Part shown: piece by piece, positions 27,165 to 40,899 of the stretch
Position numbering within the stretch: the stretch's first letter is position 1
How the letters are laid out: every line of letters starts with the position of its first letter
Assembly (NCBI RefSeq): GCF_006345805.1
Contig: NC_042997.1
Location: 120,466,001 to 120,530,000, forward strand
Direction: 5' to 3'
Origin: Octopus sinensis
Lineage: Eukaryota
DNA length: 64,000 nucleotides
Notes under the pieces: model-generated
What the model was told of the DNA's origin: nothing
Database searches by the model: none
The model's input: only the letters and a program-made list of their open reading frames with translations
Made by a program: the position numbers and the translations under genes

Positions 27165-28018
27165 ATGGAGAATTACAATTAAAAAAAATGCGAAATTGTT
27201 CTGATCTTCAGTCAATAGTTGATGAAGAAAATATGCGCTGTAACATGTTCTAAGTAAAATTGTATATATGATTATAATCCAGGGAGTTAATTTGGAATAG
27301 TAGTTTATTTTCCCCTCGCTGCAAAGGGATACGACTAAAACGTAATACCCGAAAGAGAGCACGCAAATTTTCAATGACTTAAATTACAATTTATGGTATG
27401 GGATGAAAATAATTTCAATATTTATGAATATTCGAACTGTGTTTACTGGTTGATAAAAAAAAAAAAGAAAATTCGAAAATTCACATCTTTCAGTACTAAA
27501 ATTAATCATATAAAAATTAATTAATTTTAAGATATTGTTGCGAAAATCAAAAGAGAACATCCGAATATAAGTTAAATAGTTATGGATGTAAAGTGTATGT
27601 CAACATCAGTAAAGCGGTTGAACAAAACTTCGAAGTCGATCAGGCATTTTCCACAAACATTTATGAGTAGTAGAATGTAAACTTAATGGACATTAGCATC
27701 TCTTGTATTTCTGTAATAATATTTAACTTAGTTAACACAAATATTAATTACGTCCTAAGAAATACCTGCAGACCTCTGTAGTGTAGTATAGTATAGAATA
27801 TGTATGTTGGATACGTATGTATATACAAGTCTCTCTCCCTCTCTCATTTTCTCTCTCTCGAGGTATATATATATATATATATATATCACGTGACCGACCA
27901 GACCATCAGATGTTGTTATACATCGCTGGTCACAATGCGTTCGCATAGTTTTAGCCTTCGTATGACGCCACCCCGCTGGCTAAGCGAGCACGCCATATAT
28001 ATATATATATTATATATA

Positions 28019-28376
28019 TTATATAAAAGGGCTTAGTAAAATAAATTACTTTGCCGCATACTGAACTCATTAGAAATAGCAGCTAAAAAACTTTTTTAAG
28101 GCTATTTCTAATACTTAAAGAAAATCTCTCTCATATATAGTGTTTGCATAATTTAACTCACAAAAGTTTGGGGGTAATGACAATTCTTTAGAAATAGCCT
28201 TAAAAAAGTTTTTTAGCTGCTATTTCTAATGAGTTCAGTATGCGGCAAAGTAATTTATTTTACTAAGCCCTTTTATATAATGTAATAATTTGAATTCGCC
28301 TTGAATGGTCCCTTTGCATACTGAACACTTGGTGAAATTGATTAATAATTAATTAATTTTGCCCTCAATTGTTGAA

Positions 28377-28378
<2 letters not shown>
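28019..28378. mobile_element. Asymmetric fold-back element: perfect 93-bp inverted repeat with a 76-bp spacer and a 3' extension
   Basis: 28019-28111 is the exact reverse complement of 28188-28280; a linear relative lies at 35570-35800; (TA)n on both sides. Confidence 0.85.
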
Positions 28379-28407
<29 letters not shown>

Positions 28408-28440
28408 AATATATATATATGTGTGTGTGTATGTGTGTAC

Positions 28441-28484
<44 letters not shown>

Positions 28485-29504
28485 ATATATCTACACATAC
28501 ATATATAGATGTATGAATACAGACATGCATGAAGACAAACATAGATACATGTGTGCGTGCGCGTGTGCGCGTGTGCGTGTATGTGTGTGTGTGTGTAAAA
28601 AGAATTTATTCCACAATTAATATTATCTAGGAAATCTTTAAAATGATATTTGTAAACCTCTTCATATCTTGCATCACGATTATATAAATATATATTTTTT
28701 TTAATTATTTATTTTAGACAGTATTTAACTATAGCAAATTCTCAAATATTTTGACTGCATGAACAAAGATTTCTTAGATTTAAATAAACACACACACACA
28801 TACACAAATACTTACACACATACACATATACGTACGTGCTTATAAAGAGATATGTGTGTGATTTTGCACACATAAAGGATAGATATTTCTTCGTAATAAC
28901 GAGAAAATTTATTCATGCAAGAGTGGTCAATGTATTAGAAAGAAAGGAAATCAAATTTCAGAGTGATAATATATAGATATAAATAGTTCTTAAAAGTAAT
29001 GACAACGTTGAGATATATAGATATTTACAGTGAATGAGAGAGTGTTGTTTTTTTTTCGCTGGTCTCATTTGATTCAAATTCATATAACAGACTTTGTAAA
29101 GCCTGTGTGTATATAAACAAAGAAAGTGAGAAAACAATGCAACTCTTATAGTGTTCACAATAACATCTGCCGATAAAGCAAACTATAAGATTTTATAGAC
29201 TCATTTCTCTTACATTTCTATCTTCCATGTCCACGGGAAAGATATTTGTAATATTTATGTCTATTTTAATACACGCTCCGTGATTTACTGCTGGTGCATC
29301 AACAGTAAATGTTCCGTTGTTATTCTTAAACTCGCTTTAAAAGAATAATAATATTTTAACATTTACTCACCCACGCACACACATATCAGACACATACAGA
29401 TGTTTCTATCGATATTGGAGAACAAATATTTTAAGAACCATAAGTGGCCCAGACTTTCAAACCTATCTTTCTTTTCTTTTTTCAGCTCCAGCCGGGGACC
29501 TTTG

Positions 29505-29600
29505 ATAGTAACGCAGGCGATGGAAAGGCATGCCTTTAATCGCCTTAGACAACAATCGCAGTCATTCTGAGATTGCAATCTTACTAAATGTCGCCAGATC
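29505..29600 (+). mobile_element. Tc1/mariner transposase N-terminal remnant
   Basis: With one frameshift it reads TQAMERHAF-IALDNNRSHSEIAILLNVARS, resembling the Tc1-type N-terminal HTH (TQEMKRHAI....SDLEIA.FL.VARS). Confidence 0.5.
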
Positions 29601-29689
29601 AGAAAGGAGGTCCTGGGCTCTGGGGGTAATGAATGCATTCCTTGATGAAAATAAGATAAAACATTCTTGAAAGTCAGGCAAGTATGATT

Positions 29690-29772
<83 letters not shown>

Positions 29773-29774
<2 letters not shown>

Positions 29775-30080
29775 CATTATTGGTGAATTGAAGAAATGGA
29801 GCTGAACGCAGATTGAACAGAAATCGTTTTATTTCATTCTACACGTGTTTCGAAAGGCGTGTAGAATGAAATAAAACGATTTCTGTTCAATCTGCGTTCA
29901 GCTCCATTTCTTCAATTCACCAATAATGTTTTAATTTCAATTATCCACACCAACGCACGGTTGCAACACCATATGGTTGTACCTCCAACCATGCTGTTTA
30001 CTGCTGTGATTTTTGCTACTAAGGTATCGGTTAAACTTTTGATTAATCTACTACAAGATTATTCATCTTTCTATTTCACA
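29773..30080. mobile_element. Fold-back pLTR-like element: perfect 73-bp inverted repeat with a 12-nt loop and a plus-strand extension
   Basis: 29773-29845 is the reverse complement of 29858-29930; the minus strand 29857-29835 reads cctttc-GAAAC-ACGT-GTA-GAATG (HHR 3' half). Confidence 0.8.
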
Positions 30081-30081
30081 T

Positions 30082-30283
<202 letters not shown>

Positions 30284-31450
30284 ATAGCATATGGCTGGTC
30301 TTTGGAAAAACGCAAGGAAGGATGAGAGGAAGTTAAAACAATGCTATTAGGTAAAAACAAAACGAGTGCAATGAGAAAAAAAGAAAAATACATCCAAATT
30401 AAGAATCATGCCGTTTTGACCCGTTCAAACCAAAATTGCTATGATTGGTATAAATTAATTCAAAGGATCAATGTTTGTGAGACGTCCTATTTAACCTACA
30501 TAGGAAACGGTCTTGTTTCCCAATTCAATATGAGAGATTTGAAAAGATTTTTGCATACAATAAAAATCGCCAATTTTGGAATTTGGTAGAGCAGCAGAAC
30601 TCTTAGATCTAATAAAGAATATTAGATCTTTATGGTACGCAATTCCTGCAGATATTTCATCCATTAATTTATGACATGGATGTCTCTACGATGCTGCGCT
30701 TAATATTGTGTGGTATATAGTTGGCCTTCAAGGTCTTAGGTGAAGCTATCATCTTATCACAAGTGGCTGGGAAACTTTTTACCACACACCAACGCCTGCG
30801 CTGTTACGTTAGCATAAGATCTCTTTAAAAACCACTTACGGATATACAAATGTACATTTACTTTTGGGTATCCTTACTTTGGAGCACTGCAATGACTACA
30901 GTTTTATAAACTTCTGAACCGAGTAGAGTAGACAAGTCTCTGCCTTTCAACAGACAGTTACAACATGAAGTTGGAGTCTGTTGTGACTTGCAAATAATAT
31001 TTCTCGTGTTGTGGCAACAGATTTACGGAACTTTTCCAGAGCGACTATTAAAGTGCTTTTTTTCTTTTTCCATGAAACTATGGTTATCTGGGAAATATTT
31101 AGCTTTTCAGTTCAGGAATATTCTGCCTAAGTTAGGCTTAGCATTCAGTTATAAAGTTGGAGCATGAACCTATCAATCTAAATGTGTTTATTAGTTTTCT
31201 TATTCTTACTTGTAATCGTGTAAATTAACCTTTCTTTGAAGCAACTGTTAATCTGGACATTGTTATATATTGAAACGCAGACACAGCTGTGCACCTAGGA
31301 AGATCATACTGTTGTATTACCATCAATGATCCTCATGTACTCTCACTTGAAAATTTAATTTTCCATATCAAACAATGGATTTACGTGAAATCAATTGTGT
31401 TACTAATCGGAATTATTAAACATATTTTATTCAAAATGTATTTCCTTTTT

Positions 31451-31924
<474 letters not shown>

Positions 31925-33928
31925 ATCGTAATAACATTAGTTTTGGGGTTTATAAGCTCTTGATTACTCAAAGTTACCGTTCTCTTTAATCATGTTAAAT
32001 TATCATGTTAAAACAAATGTTCGGTAAAATGTTGAATTAAAGAGTGAGGGAATATTACAATCTCTAAAGTAATAAATAATAAATCCGCTACGTACATGGA
32101 AACTAATCCAATGTAAAAAGAGAAAATGCCTGAAATCGAGTATCGACCACAATATAGCAATTTATTCATAACCTCGAACGCGCATGTGCTGAAACATGTT
32201 AATACAGAGAGTGTTAGCGAGAAGATCCAGAGAAAAAAATATATAGAAGCAAATACTTTTAACTCTCAATAGGAAATCTAACTTTTGTTGTTAACGCAGA
32301 ATTATATATTTGTGTACAATTAATTTACTTTATAGTTCCTGAAAACATTTTTTGTGAATTTGCTCGAAAATCGATGGTCATTTATAACAGTTAACGCTCA
32401 AACATTAGTGTGTGTAACGGAATATTCAGCATAAATTTCTTATAGGCTTCTTGTATTATAATTCTTCCATTTTTTAACTCGGAAACACTATTAGCTATCT
32501 GAAAAACCAATACTTGTTTTAGAGGTTTGTGTATAAACCATTTATATTTGCTGTCTTCAGCGAGAATATATTGCTGTAGATTTTAAGGTATTCCTTACTG
32601 CATAATACGTTGAGTGATGCCACCATTTTTAAAAGGGTTATCTAGATAAATAAATATTAAGTGTTTTATGTTGTACAGATTAACAGCCATTTTCATTCAA
32701 AAAGTAGGCAGAGATGAAATTTAACCGCTGCTTACGTTTCGCTTGTGTTAGTTATCGCATTGCGGTTTAGTGGAGTCCGTATTATTGGGTGAAGTTTGCA
32801 AGAAATTCTAATCTCATTCACGCATTTGGAATTAATTTGCGCTCACGCACGCACACATACACACACACACGCACACATACACACACTTTCTCACACACAT
32901 ATATAATTTTTTATGTATATATGCATTTATGTATATTTATACAATTATGTATATATATATATGTTTGTGTGTGTGTGATGGTGTAATTTTATGTATGCAA
33001 ATATTTCATATCTTTATGCATATGTATGCACATATATCTAGGATACTCAACGAGTAAAATATTGCTGGAAAGACGAAAAGGAATAGATATACTGTTGTAT
33101 AAAAGAATACAGAAATAGATCATTGCACATGAACAATCCAAAAGTTGCACGTAGACGGATTGGCGGATCGATATAGTATAAAAGAAAACATCCTGGCATG
33201 TGGAGTGAAGGTTTAGATATCATCGGATGAAAAGCCAATAAATAAAGGGAAAGACGAAAATAGAGAGGGTATAAAACGGGAATGAAAGGAAATCTGTTCG
33301 CTTTAGCAAACGATATGGAAGTACTGGAGTTAGAAAAGAGAAATCAGAAAAGATAACAATGGAACGGAATAGACTGAAAAGGAACAAATACTGGGAAACT
33401 GTGTGACAGGAGAAGGAGTGAAAGAAAGAGAAATATGTTTCAAAGGTGATATAAAGGGAAGAAAACAATACTAGATTCATGTTATGAATGGCATAGTGTA
33501 TATATAATCGTAGAGAAAGCAATTACCAAACATAATTATATACAAATGTATATCTCATTCTTGCCCAAAATAGATTAAATCAACATTGCCGGATTGACAA
33601 TCAATATATAAAACCAAATCATATTGATCATTATTGAAAGGTTAAGTTATCAATTGATTCTTATAAGCCAATTATTCAAACGTTTATTTGGAAGATTTTT
33701 ATTTTTAATATTGATCCCCTTCTGATTTAGAGAATTGCACATTGAACGCTTTCGAAAATCATTGATACCGAAACAACTTTCATGATCTCAGCTCGACAAG
33801 ATGAAGATGAATTTGAGAAAAACATCGTTTAAAAGGAATACAATATTGAACGAAAATATTATAGATGCTTTATGTAGGATCTCATATTTAGAAGTAATAT
33901 CGGATTGTAAAAATCAACCATTTTTTAA

Positions 33929-34157
33929 TATACCTATTTCTTTACTACCTACAAGGGGCTAAACACAGAGAGGACAAACAAGGACAGACAAACGAATTAA
34001 GTCGAGTATATCGACCTCAGTACGTAACTGGTACTTATTTAATCGACCCCGAAAGGATGAAAGGCAAAGTCGACCTCGGCGGAATTTGAACTCAGAACGT
34101 AACCGCGGACGAAATACCGCTAAGCATTTCGTCTGCGGTTACGTTTCTGCCAGCTCG
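33929..34157 (-). mobile_element. SINE family A
   Basis: Core gaaaggatgaaaggcaaagtcgacctcggcggaatttgaactcagaacg and head ttctgccagctcg. Confidence 0.9.
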
Positions 34158-34251
34158 TAGAATATATCGTCGGACAGATATTTTGAAAATGTTCTAACTA
34201 ATTATGATACAAATATGCATTCATTCTTATTTATATATGTACGTATGTATA

Positions 34252-34472
34252 CGAGGGGGTCCTGAAAAGATTCTGAGTATTTTCTGGCTTTGAAGATATC
34301 GCAAAAAGCTTGGTTGGACATACTGAGTTTTTTCACAGGGCTTAGAAAAAATGAAGGACAACTGTAATAAATGTGAACTTCAAAGGGAAAATGATGAATA
34401 AAATCATAATTATCTGATCTTCCTGTATATAATGTATTCTCAAAGCCAAGAACTTTTCAGTACCCCGCTCCG
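34252..34472 (+). mobile_element. Mariner-derived MITE
   Basis: TA then cgagggggtcctgaaaag at left and cttttcagtaccccgctccg at right (imperfect TIRs); the interior resembles a mariner 3' end. Confidence 0.7.
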
Positions 34473-35569
34473 ATATATACCTGTCTGTGCTTAGGAGTTC
34501 CTGAGCGTGCGTAGGAATATATGTACATCTGTATATGTAGCATTCATAAAATGAACTGGCAAATAATGTCAACTTCCAAGCATACCACTTTCGAAATCAC
34601 CAAAAAAGCAATTTATTGCACCAGTCTGATATTTAGATGTCCTGAACTGTTCAAATGCTTACCTGAATGAATCCGAAATATAAAACAAATCTCTACTGAA
34701 TAATTAAAACAAAAATAATTTGGATAAACGATGATAACCGACAAGACAAACATTTAAGTATACACACATGGAAAGCCTACAGCCCCAAAACTCCAGCAGA
34801 GACCTACATCCTGCTTTAAAGTGACAACAAAACCAATAGAAAATACGTGAAGGCAGTGCTCCAGTATGACTGCATTCTTACCACTGAAGTCATTAGGAGT
34901 ATGAAACAAACTGCATATATATATATAATATAAAATCCGTTCTTTCTGTCAGTGAGTGTCTTCTAGGATCTCGGGATCTTCCATCCGATTGTGCTGAAAT
35001 TCGAAATGTAGATACCGACGGTGTCGGGGCGTGTATAAGTCTAGAAAATATTACAAAAATCGATTCCAGGTGAGAATGCGATCGATAAAGCTGCGGGAAC
35101 GTGTGAATAAAACCGTTTTTCTTTGGAATAGAAAAAAGTCTATCTTTATTTCTTCTTTTGGTGGTGTCTCAAATCAGTGTTTCTCAAATGTGAGGCCTAT
35201 GGGACGGTCGGACAAGTTGTTTTGAGAAAATTTGGTTTAAATGTTTGACAACTCAGCACCGTCCATTTTCGGGGGGGAGGCGTTATATATATAGAAAGTT
35301 ACGAAATCTACTTCGTTTCGTTGGTAATGTTTTTGTAGCTCACGTGGTAATTTTGGAGGGAGTTATGAATTTGCTAGTACTGGCAGTCTGAGCGTGTTCG
35401 TCTGAGGGGTATGTTCATTCTTTTAGTGCTTTCAAATCCAAAATTGAGAAATGTTGAGCTGACGAAGGAAATGCTGAGTTTTATTTGGCTAATCTAGAAA
35501 CGTTAACGTTCTCAAATGATCTTTGTATTTGTGATAATTTACTGTTTTTACCTCCATATCTTCGTGAGT

Positions 35570-35799
35570 TATTTTTGAGTAAACATTATCTGAGAGAAAT
35601 TTTCTTAAAGTAGTGGAAATGACTAAAAAACTTTTTGGCTACTATTTCTAGAAAGTTCAGTATGTGGCAAAGTAATTTATTTTACTAAGCCCTAATTATA
35701 TAATGTAATATTTTGAATTCGCCTTAAATGGTCCTTTTACATACTGAACACTACTTTGGTGAAATTGATTAATAACTAATTAATTTTACCCTCAATTGT

Positions 35800-35800
<1 letters not shown>
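35570..35800 (+). mobile_element. Linear, diverged copy of the 28-kb fold-back family
   Basis: gttcagtatgtggcaaagtaatttattttactaagccc...gaattcgcctt...ctcaattgttga shared with 28230-28378; ends in (TA)n. Confidence 0.8.
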
Positions 35801-35859
<59 letters not shown>

Positions 35860-35904
35860 ATATGTGTGTGTGTGTGTGTATGTGTTTGTTTGTTGGTCTG
35901 TGTG

Positions 35905-36027
35905 ATATCGGTAGAATAAGTAATTGGCTTACAAGGAATAACTCCTGGGCTCGATTTGCTCGACTAAAGGCGGTGCTCCAGCATGGCCACATTCAAATGT
36001 CTGAAACAAATAAGAGTAAAAGAGTAA
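35905..36027 (+). mobile_element. SINE family B, 3' part
   Basis: gatttgctcgactaaaggcggtgctccagcatggcc...gagtaaaagagt. Confidence 0.8.
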
Positions 36028-36193
36028 CTGATAGCAATGATCACACTACCTAGATACATATGCCAGGCGGCTCTGTATAGGTGGGTAGATTATTGTGAAA
36101 ATGTGAGTAAAATAAATATTCAGACGCAGTCAAAGACTAACGTAGTTTGGGGTGTGTTCATCCACGCTTGTTCTAGTGAAAGAACATATATGC

Positions 36194-36245
<52 letters not shown>

Positions 36246-36254
36246 TATATATAT

Positions 36255-36535
36255 ATTGATAAAAATGGTAAGACAACAAAAGAAAGAAAGAGTCCTCGAT
36301 ATTATGTAAATAGAGGAATTTATCTGTAATATGTGATAATTATTCGGTAACCATGATAGAACTCCGAGTTCCGGATGCCGAGGTGGAAATCCACGCCGCC
36401 ACGAAGAGATGGCGGCGTGGATGTCATGATAAAAAATGCTAAAATAAAAATATTTCAGTACCCGTGTCAGTCATTGAGACTTTTTCAACTGTAATTTTGC
36501 AAAGCAATCAAATTTTGGAAAAAATAAAATATGAT
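36255..36535 (-). mobile_element. Composite of two pLTR-like fragments with HHR remnants
   Basis: 36431-36500 is homologous to the large PLE terminus (52982-53050); 36352-36422 holds a second, split HHR-like motif and a 13-bp perfect hairpin. Confidence 0.65.
36454..36494 (-). ncRNA. Decayed U3-A8 hammerhead motif
   Basis: ttaCAG-TTGAAAA-AGTC tcaat GACT-GACA-CGG-GTA-CTGaa; GAAA is mutated to GACA. Confidence 0.6.
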
Positions 36536-37659
36536 ATATGTACATACATACATACAGCCATACGCACACACACATATATATATATATTTATTTATTCAAA
36601 TTAAGAGGATGTAATTTCCTTCTAAGGGGATGTTAATATGAATCCTGATATCAACTGCCTTTATCAACTATATTGAAAGAAACCTCTTCAATATATATGG
36701 ATAAACAGTCACTTGAATTTTAAAGTTAATGAAAGAAAATGGAGAAGAAGAAGTATAATAGATACTTCGTTCTATTATTTATATCATAATGGAGAAATGA
36801 TGCAAAGTAAAAGTGATACATATAAGAATATAAGAAAGCGGATCAACAAAATATGAAAAAAAGTTACCGATGTCCTACACATGTTTCAATCCGACAGTAT
36901 GTTTGTATAATCGACATCCAAACGATTACAGATGTGAAAAATATATTTCGTCGGGTATCTTCAGGAAAAAGTAAGTATATTTTCTGGTCTTCAATTACGA
37001 AATAAATAATTTGAGGACTGTGTTTTGAAATATGCAGATGTAAACAGCAACAACAACCTACTAGGGCGTGGATTTCATGTGAGTAGATATTGATCGTTGA
37101 AATTTAACTAATAATGATCCCTGAAATGATGCTAAAACATCACAGTCCATTTGAAATATATATTCATAAATGTTCATGGGAGGAAATTTAGATAAAGACA
37201 AATGTAACTTATTATGATGGACACAAGTTACAAATAATTAGACTAAAAAATGTAAAGAAAGAAGCTGTGAAAAGTTTTTTTTTAATATTATACTACGATA
37301 ATGCTATTTAGAATTATAATATTGTCATTATTTAGGATTTAAATGGATTAGGATGTACTTTCCTCTCTTCGAAGAAAAACTAGTTATGTAAAAATTATTA
37401 GGTATATAAAAAGACTATATTGTACTTATAGGATTCGAAGAAAAAAAGCATTTTAAACCGGTAGTGTAGTTTAATATTATTGGAAGATACTACACAAATA
37501 GTTATGGTATTGCATAAATAGATGAGAATTATACAAATAGAAACATTCTCCCTCAAATCGGAAGACGAATGATACTACTAAAATTGACTCTAATATTATG
37601 CCTATACGAAGTAGGGGTACTAATACCAACACATGCAATAATGATCATTATGTTAACGT

Positions 37660-37896
37660 AGAGTTAAAGCAAATTGTAAATTTAACAATTACCGTAAACG
37701 CCAAAAGCTAGTATACGAAGCTACAGTTGAAGCTGAAGGTAAACGTTTCTATTATCTTGGAGTAACAGCGTGTTACGTGAAATATCATATCGCGAACCAG
37801 GAAACTTCATTTCGAAATAGTAATAAACGCTGTAACACAGGACCTAGTAAATATATCTGGAAACTTAAAGATAGAAAAAAAACTATAAAGTTCTAA
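37660..37896 (+). mobile_element. GIY-YIG endonuclease remnant of a second PLE lineage
   Basis: LVYEATVEAEGKRFYYLGVTACYVKYHIANQETSFRNSNKRCNTGPSKYIWKLKD resembles the PLE pattern VVY.A.V...YIG.T...H..SF.....ST.LSKYIW.LK. Confidence 0.65.
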
Positions 37897-38009
37897 GTTA
37901 TGCGCTACTCTACAAACTACCAGCGAAGACAGGCTCGCTCTGCCTAGATGAAACGTATCACATCCTGTTCTCTAAGTACACTCTCTTAAATGATAAAATT
38001 TCATGATAA

Positions 38010-38184
38010 TCCACATAGCATGCCCTGGTGCAAAAAGTATCAGAGAGAAAGAACAGACACAAAAAAGATCAACTATGAAGATTTGAAGTGGGAAATACGC
38101 AGTTTGTGGGAAATGAATAGAGCGGATGTGATACTAATATTAATTGGCGCGCTTGGAAGTATCATCAGTCAACTACCAACATGA
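38010..38184 (+). mobile_element. Restriction-like endonuclease (RLE) domain remnant of an R4/NeSL-type non-LTR element
   Basis: With a frameshift it reads IIHIACPGAKSIREKEQ / KINYEDLKWEIRSLWEMNRADVILILIGALGSI, matching the typical IDIAxP...EK..KY.DL..EI..LW......P..IGALG pattern. Confidence 0.78.
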
Positions 38185-38509
38185 ACAGACGTTATTGTAA
38201 AAGATCCAATTAAAGGTAAGGATTGCTAACTGACTTGGTAAGCTAAATCAAACGGGGGTTGAAGCAAGGATAAGCAATGAGATGAAACAGTAATCATGCT
38301 AATAAAATTATCTCTAAATTATCACATCCTCTAGTTGAGAGAGATAACCGGAAAAATGTCTGGAATTCATTACTCCACTTCAACTGGGTAAGCTGTAGTA
38401 ACATAACATGAAGTATCATGATCAAGGAAACGACTGGATGCGTTAGCTGAGAATCGGATTACAAACCATATGTTTATAATTTCAACAATATATATACAGA
38501 GCCACGCGT

Positions 38510-38690
<181 letters not shown>

Positions 38691-38879
38691 CATACAAAGA
38701 CATGCATGCATTAGTAAAATATTAATTTTCACTCATGAAAATCTCATATGTGAACTAACTACTGTATGTCTCAAATCAAACACCATTTTATTTGGAAGTA
38801 ATCATATAACCTGGCTACGTCAATTTCAGGTGATATCATTTGCTTAGACAATACATTCAAATTAAATTATTTCTACTCT

Positions 38880-39375
38880 GTGACACAACAGTTCTGCATT
38901 ATTATAACTAAAATTTTTCTAGTTAGAGCCATTCATCTTCATGATACTTCCGGAACTGTTGTTAGGTGTTTTGTTGAGGTGTATAAAACCATGGATAATG
39001 ATCACTATACGGCCTTATTTCAGGCTTATGCTCAAGAAATTCCTCTAAAGGAATTTCTAAACCAGGTCTTAATTACATTTCATAATTCAATAAATATTGT
39101 CATTTCCCACAGTGGTTGGTCTGTCATGCGGATAATTATGTATAATGTCAAATTGACATCAATTCACAATATTGCTCGTGCTCTGAGAATTTCTTGCTAG
39201 ACTCCTTTAGCAACAACTCTGGAACAATTACTTCCACCTCACTGTTTGCTTAATAATTCCACGCCGACTTAGCTAGGAATTTTTCTATACCCAAAAGTCA
39301 GAAGACAAAGTAAAAGTACTAAGATATGCGAGTTTTACTTCGATATCAAGTTCAAATACTCTGGAAGGACGTTCA
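38880..39375 (+). pseudogene. DOCK: DOCK-family (DOCK1-5 type Rac GEF) pseudogene fragment, intronless and frameshifted
   Basis: Across three frames: MDNDHYTALF..LKEFLNQVLITF..SGWSVMRIIMYNV.LTSI..IARALR / NFLLDSFS / QLWNNYFHLTV (39214-39246) / NFSIPKSQK..KY*DMRVLL..Q..LW. These are collinear with DOCK armadillo-region motifs (W.VMR, QLWNNYFHLAV, LQLE.FS, KYGDMR). Confidence 0.85.
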
Positions 39376-39417
39376 TTTCATATACACGCGCGCACACAAA
39401 TAAAAAAACTTACACAC

Positions 39418-39460
<43 letters not shown>

Positions 39461-39899
39461 CATATTGGAAATGGTGGATCTAGATGCAAGTAAACTATAA
39501 ATAATAGCGTGTAAAAAGTGGGCTAACAATTTACAGATAGTCAGACAAACAGACAGATACAGATAGATAGAATTCTTTAAAGTCTAGCATAGTTTAGTTG
39601 GAATTTGGAACGATTCCAGGTGCACAGCGGCTTTCTTGTTTCTCTTCTTAAATATTATTGCAATTTGCAGGTGCATATATGTATACTTTATGAACTATCA
39701 CATTGAAATACAATGAAAATAACAGCGCTGCACTTAGTAGGGTAGGATTGCGTACGCATTGGAGAGTATATGAACATAAATTATAAATCCGTGTTCAAAC
39801 TAAATTTACTGTATTAATATAACTAAACTGAATTCAATGAAAATATATTTCAATACATACTTTTAGATTAACTGGTTTCAGTCAAAGGATGTGGCTATG

Positions 39900-40890
39900 T
39901 TGGGACATTGCTTTTAGGGTGAGTGGTTTTTTGTACACACTTACGTCTCTGCTTTCTGTTTGAAATTGTTTCTGCTGGAGCTACACTTCTTAGTGCTTTA
40001 TGTGGGTTCATGTATGTGGGCGTTGGGGTTTTTTTTAAAGGATTCGGCTCTACACATCGCAGATGTCTGACAATGTATAGCAGAGTGTTTACAATTTGTA
40101 GGTCTTTGAAAAGTTTGGCATTTTTACCGACCTTAATTTTCGAGGATTGAACGCTGAAGCTTGCGCATTACTATCCTTGATCCTTGGAGCTGCAACTCCA
40201 GCATTCAGTTGTGCCTCCATCTGCTCATAAGACGCGAGATTCTTAGATGTTGTCACTTGCCTCAGTGATGTTCCATAAACTGGTAGAATGCACTGGGAAT
40301 TCGTTTTTGAGAAGACCATAGTCTCACTCGTCACTACAATAATTCTCATCCTACCTTGCAGCAATCGGCAGCGAAAGCGTTCAGTGCATTCTGGATGACA
40401 CCTTCTGATGAGTAATGTATCGGCATGTGGTTTCTTAATATCTGCTGATCGAATCAGCTCCACTGATTAAGATACCAATTCCATAACTGCTGTTTAAATC
40501 AATCCAGTCCACAAGAATTATGACAAGGAGAGATGATAATCCATAATCATGAAGTTGTCAATAACCACTTTGAAGGTTTCGACTGAGCACCGTTTAGCAA
40601 CTCACACCCGTCTGGACATTCGTATAGGGACTTCACGAAAACCAGAAGTGGCCCATTAATCTCAGCCTCCTGCAAAACCATTTCAGCATGTTCCACGGTA
40701 CGCCGTCATATGGCTTTTCGAGGTATACAATGCAAGGTTACACCACCTGGCAGTGCTCACGCGATTTCTGTAAGACTTGCCACGCAGTGAACATCTGGTC
40801 GATAGTTGTTGTGGTGAAAACATGACACCTGAGTGGGATATCAAGTGAATTGTCCTAAGCCTTATAAAGGCGGATGCGCACTGACAGTGC
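39900..40890 (-). mobile_element. Decayed RTE-clade LINE reverse transcriptase
   Basis: TTIDQMFTAWQVLQKSRE..YLEKPYDGVP, VKSLYE..NGAQSKP, VDWID, NSQCILPVYGTSLRQV resemble RTE RT domains; many stops and frameshifts. Confidence 0.8.
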
Positions 40891-40899
40891 AACGTACAT

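Noticed and set aside
28019-28280. MITE interpretation of the 93-bp inverted repeat
   Set aside because: The homologue at 35570-35800 shows the spacer is inverted upstream sequence and one arm continues beyond the repeat, so these are not terminal inverted repeats. No HHR was found, so PLE origin remains an inference.
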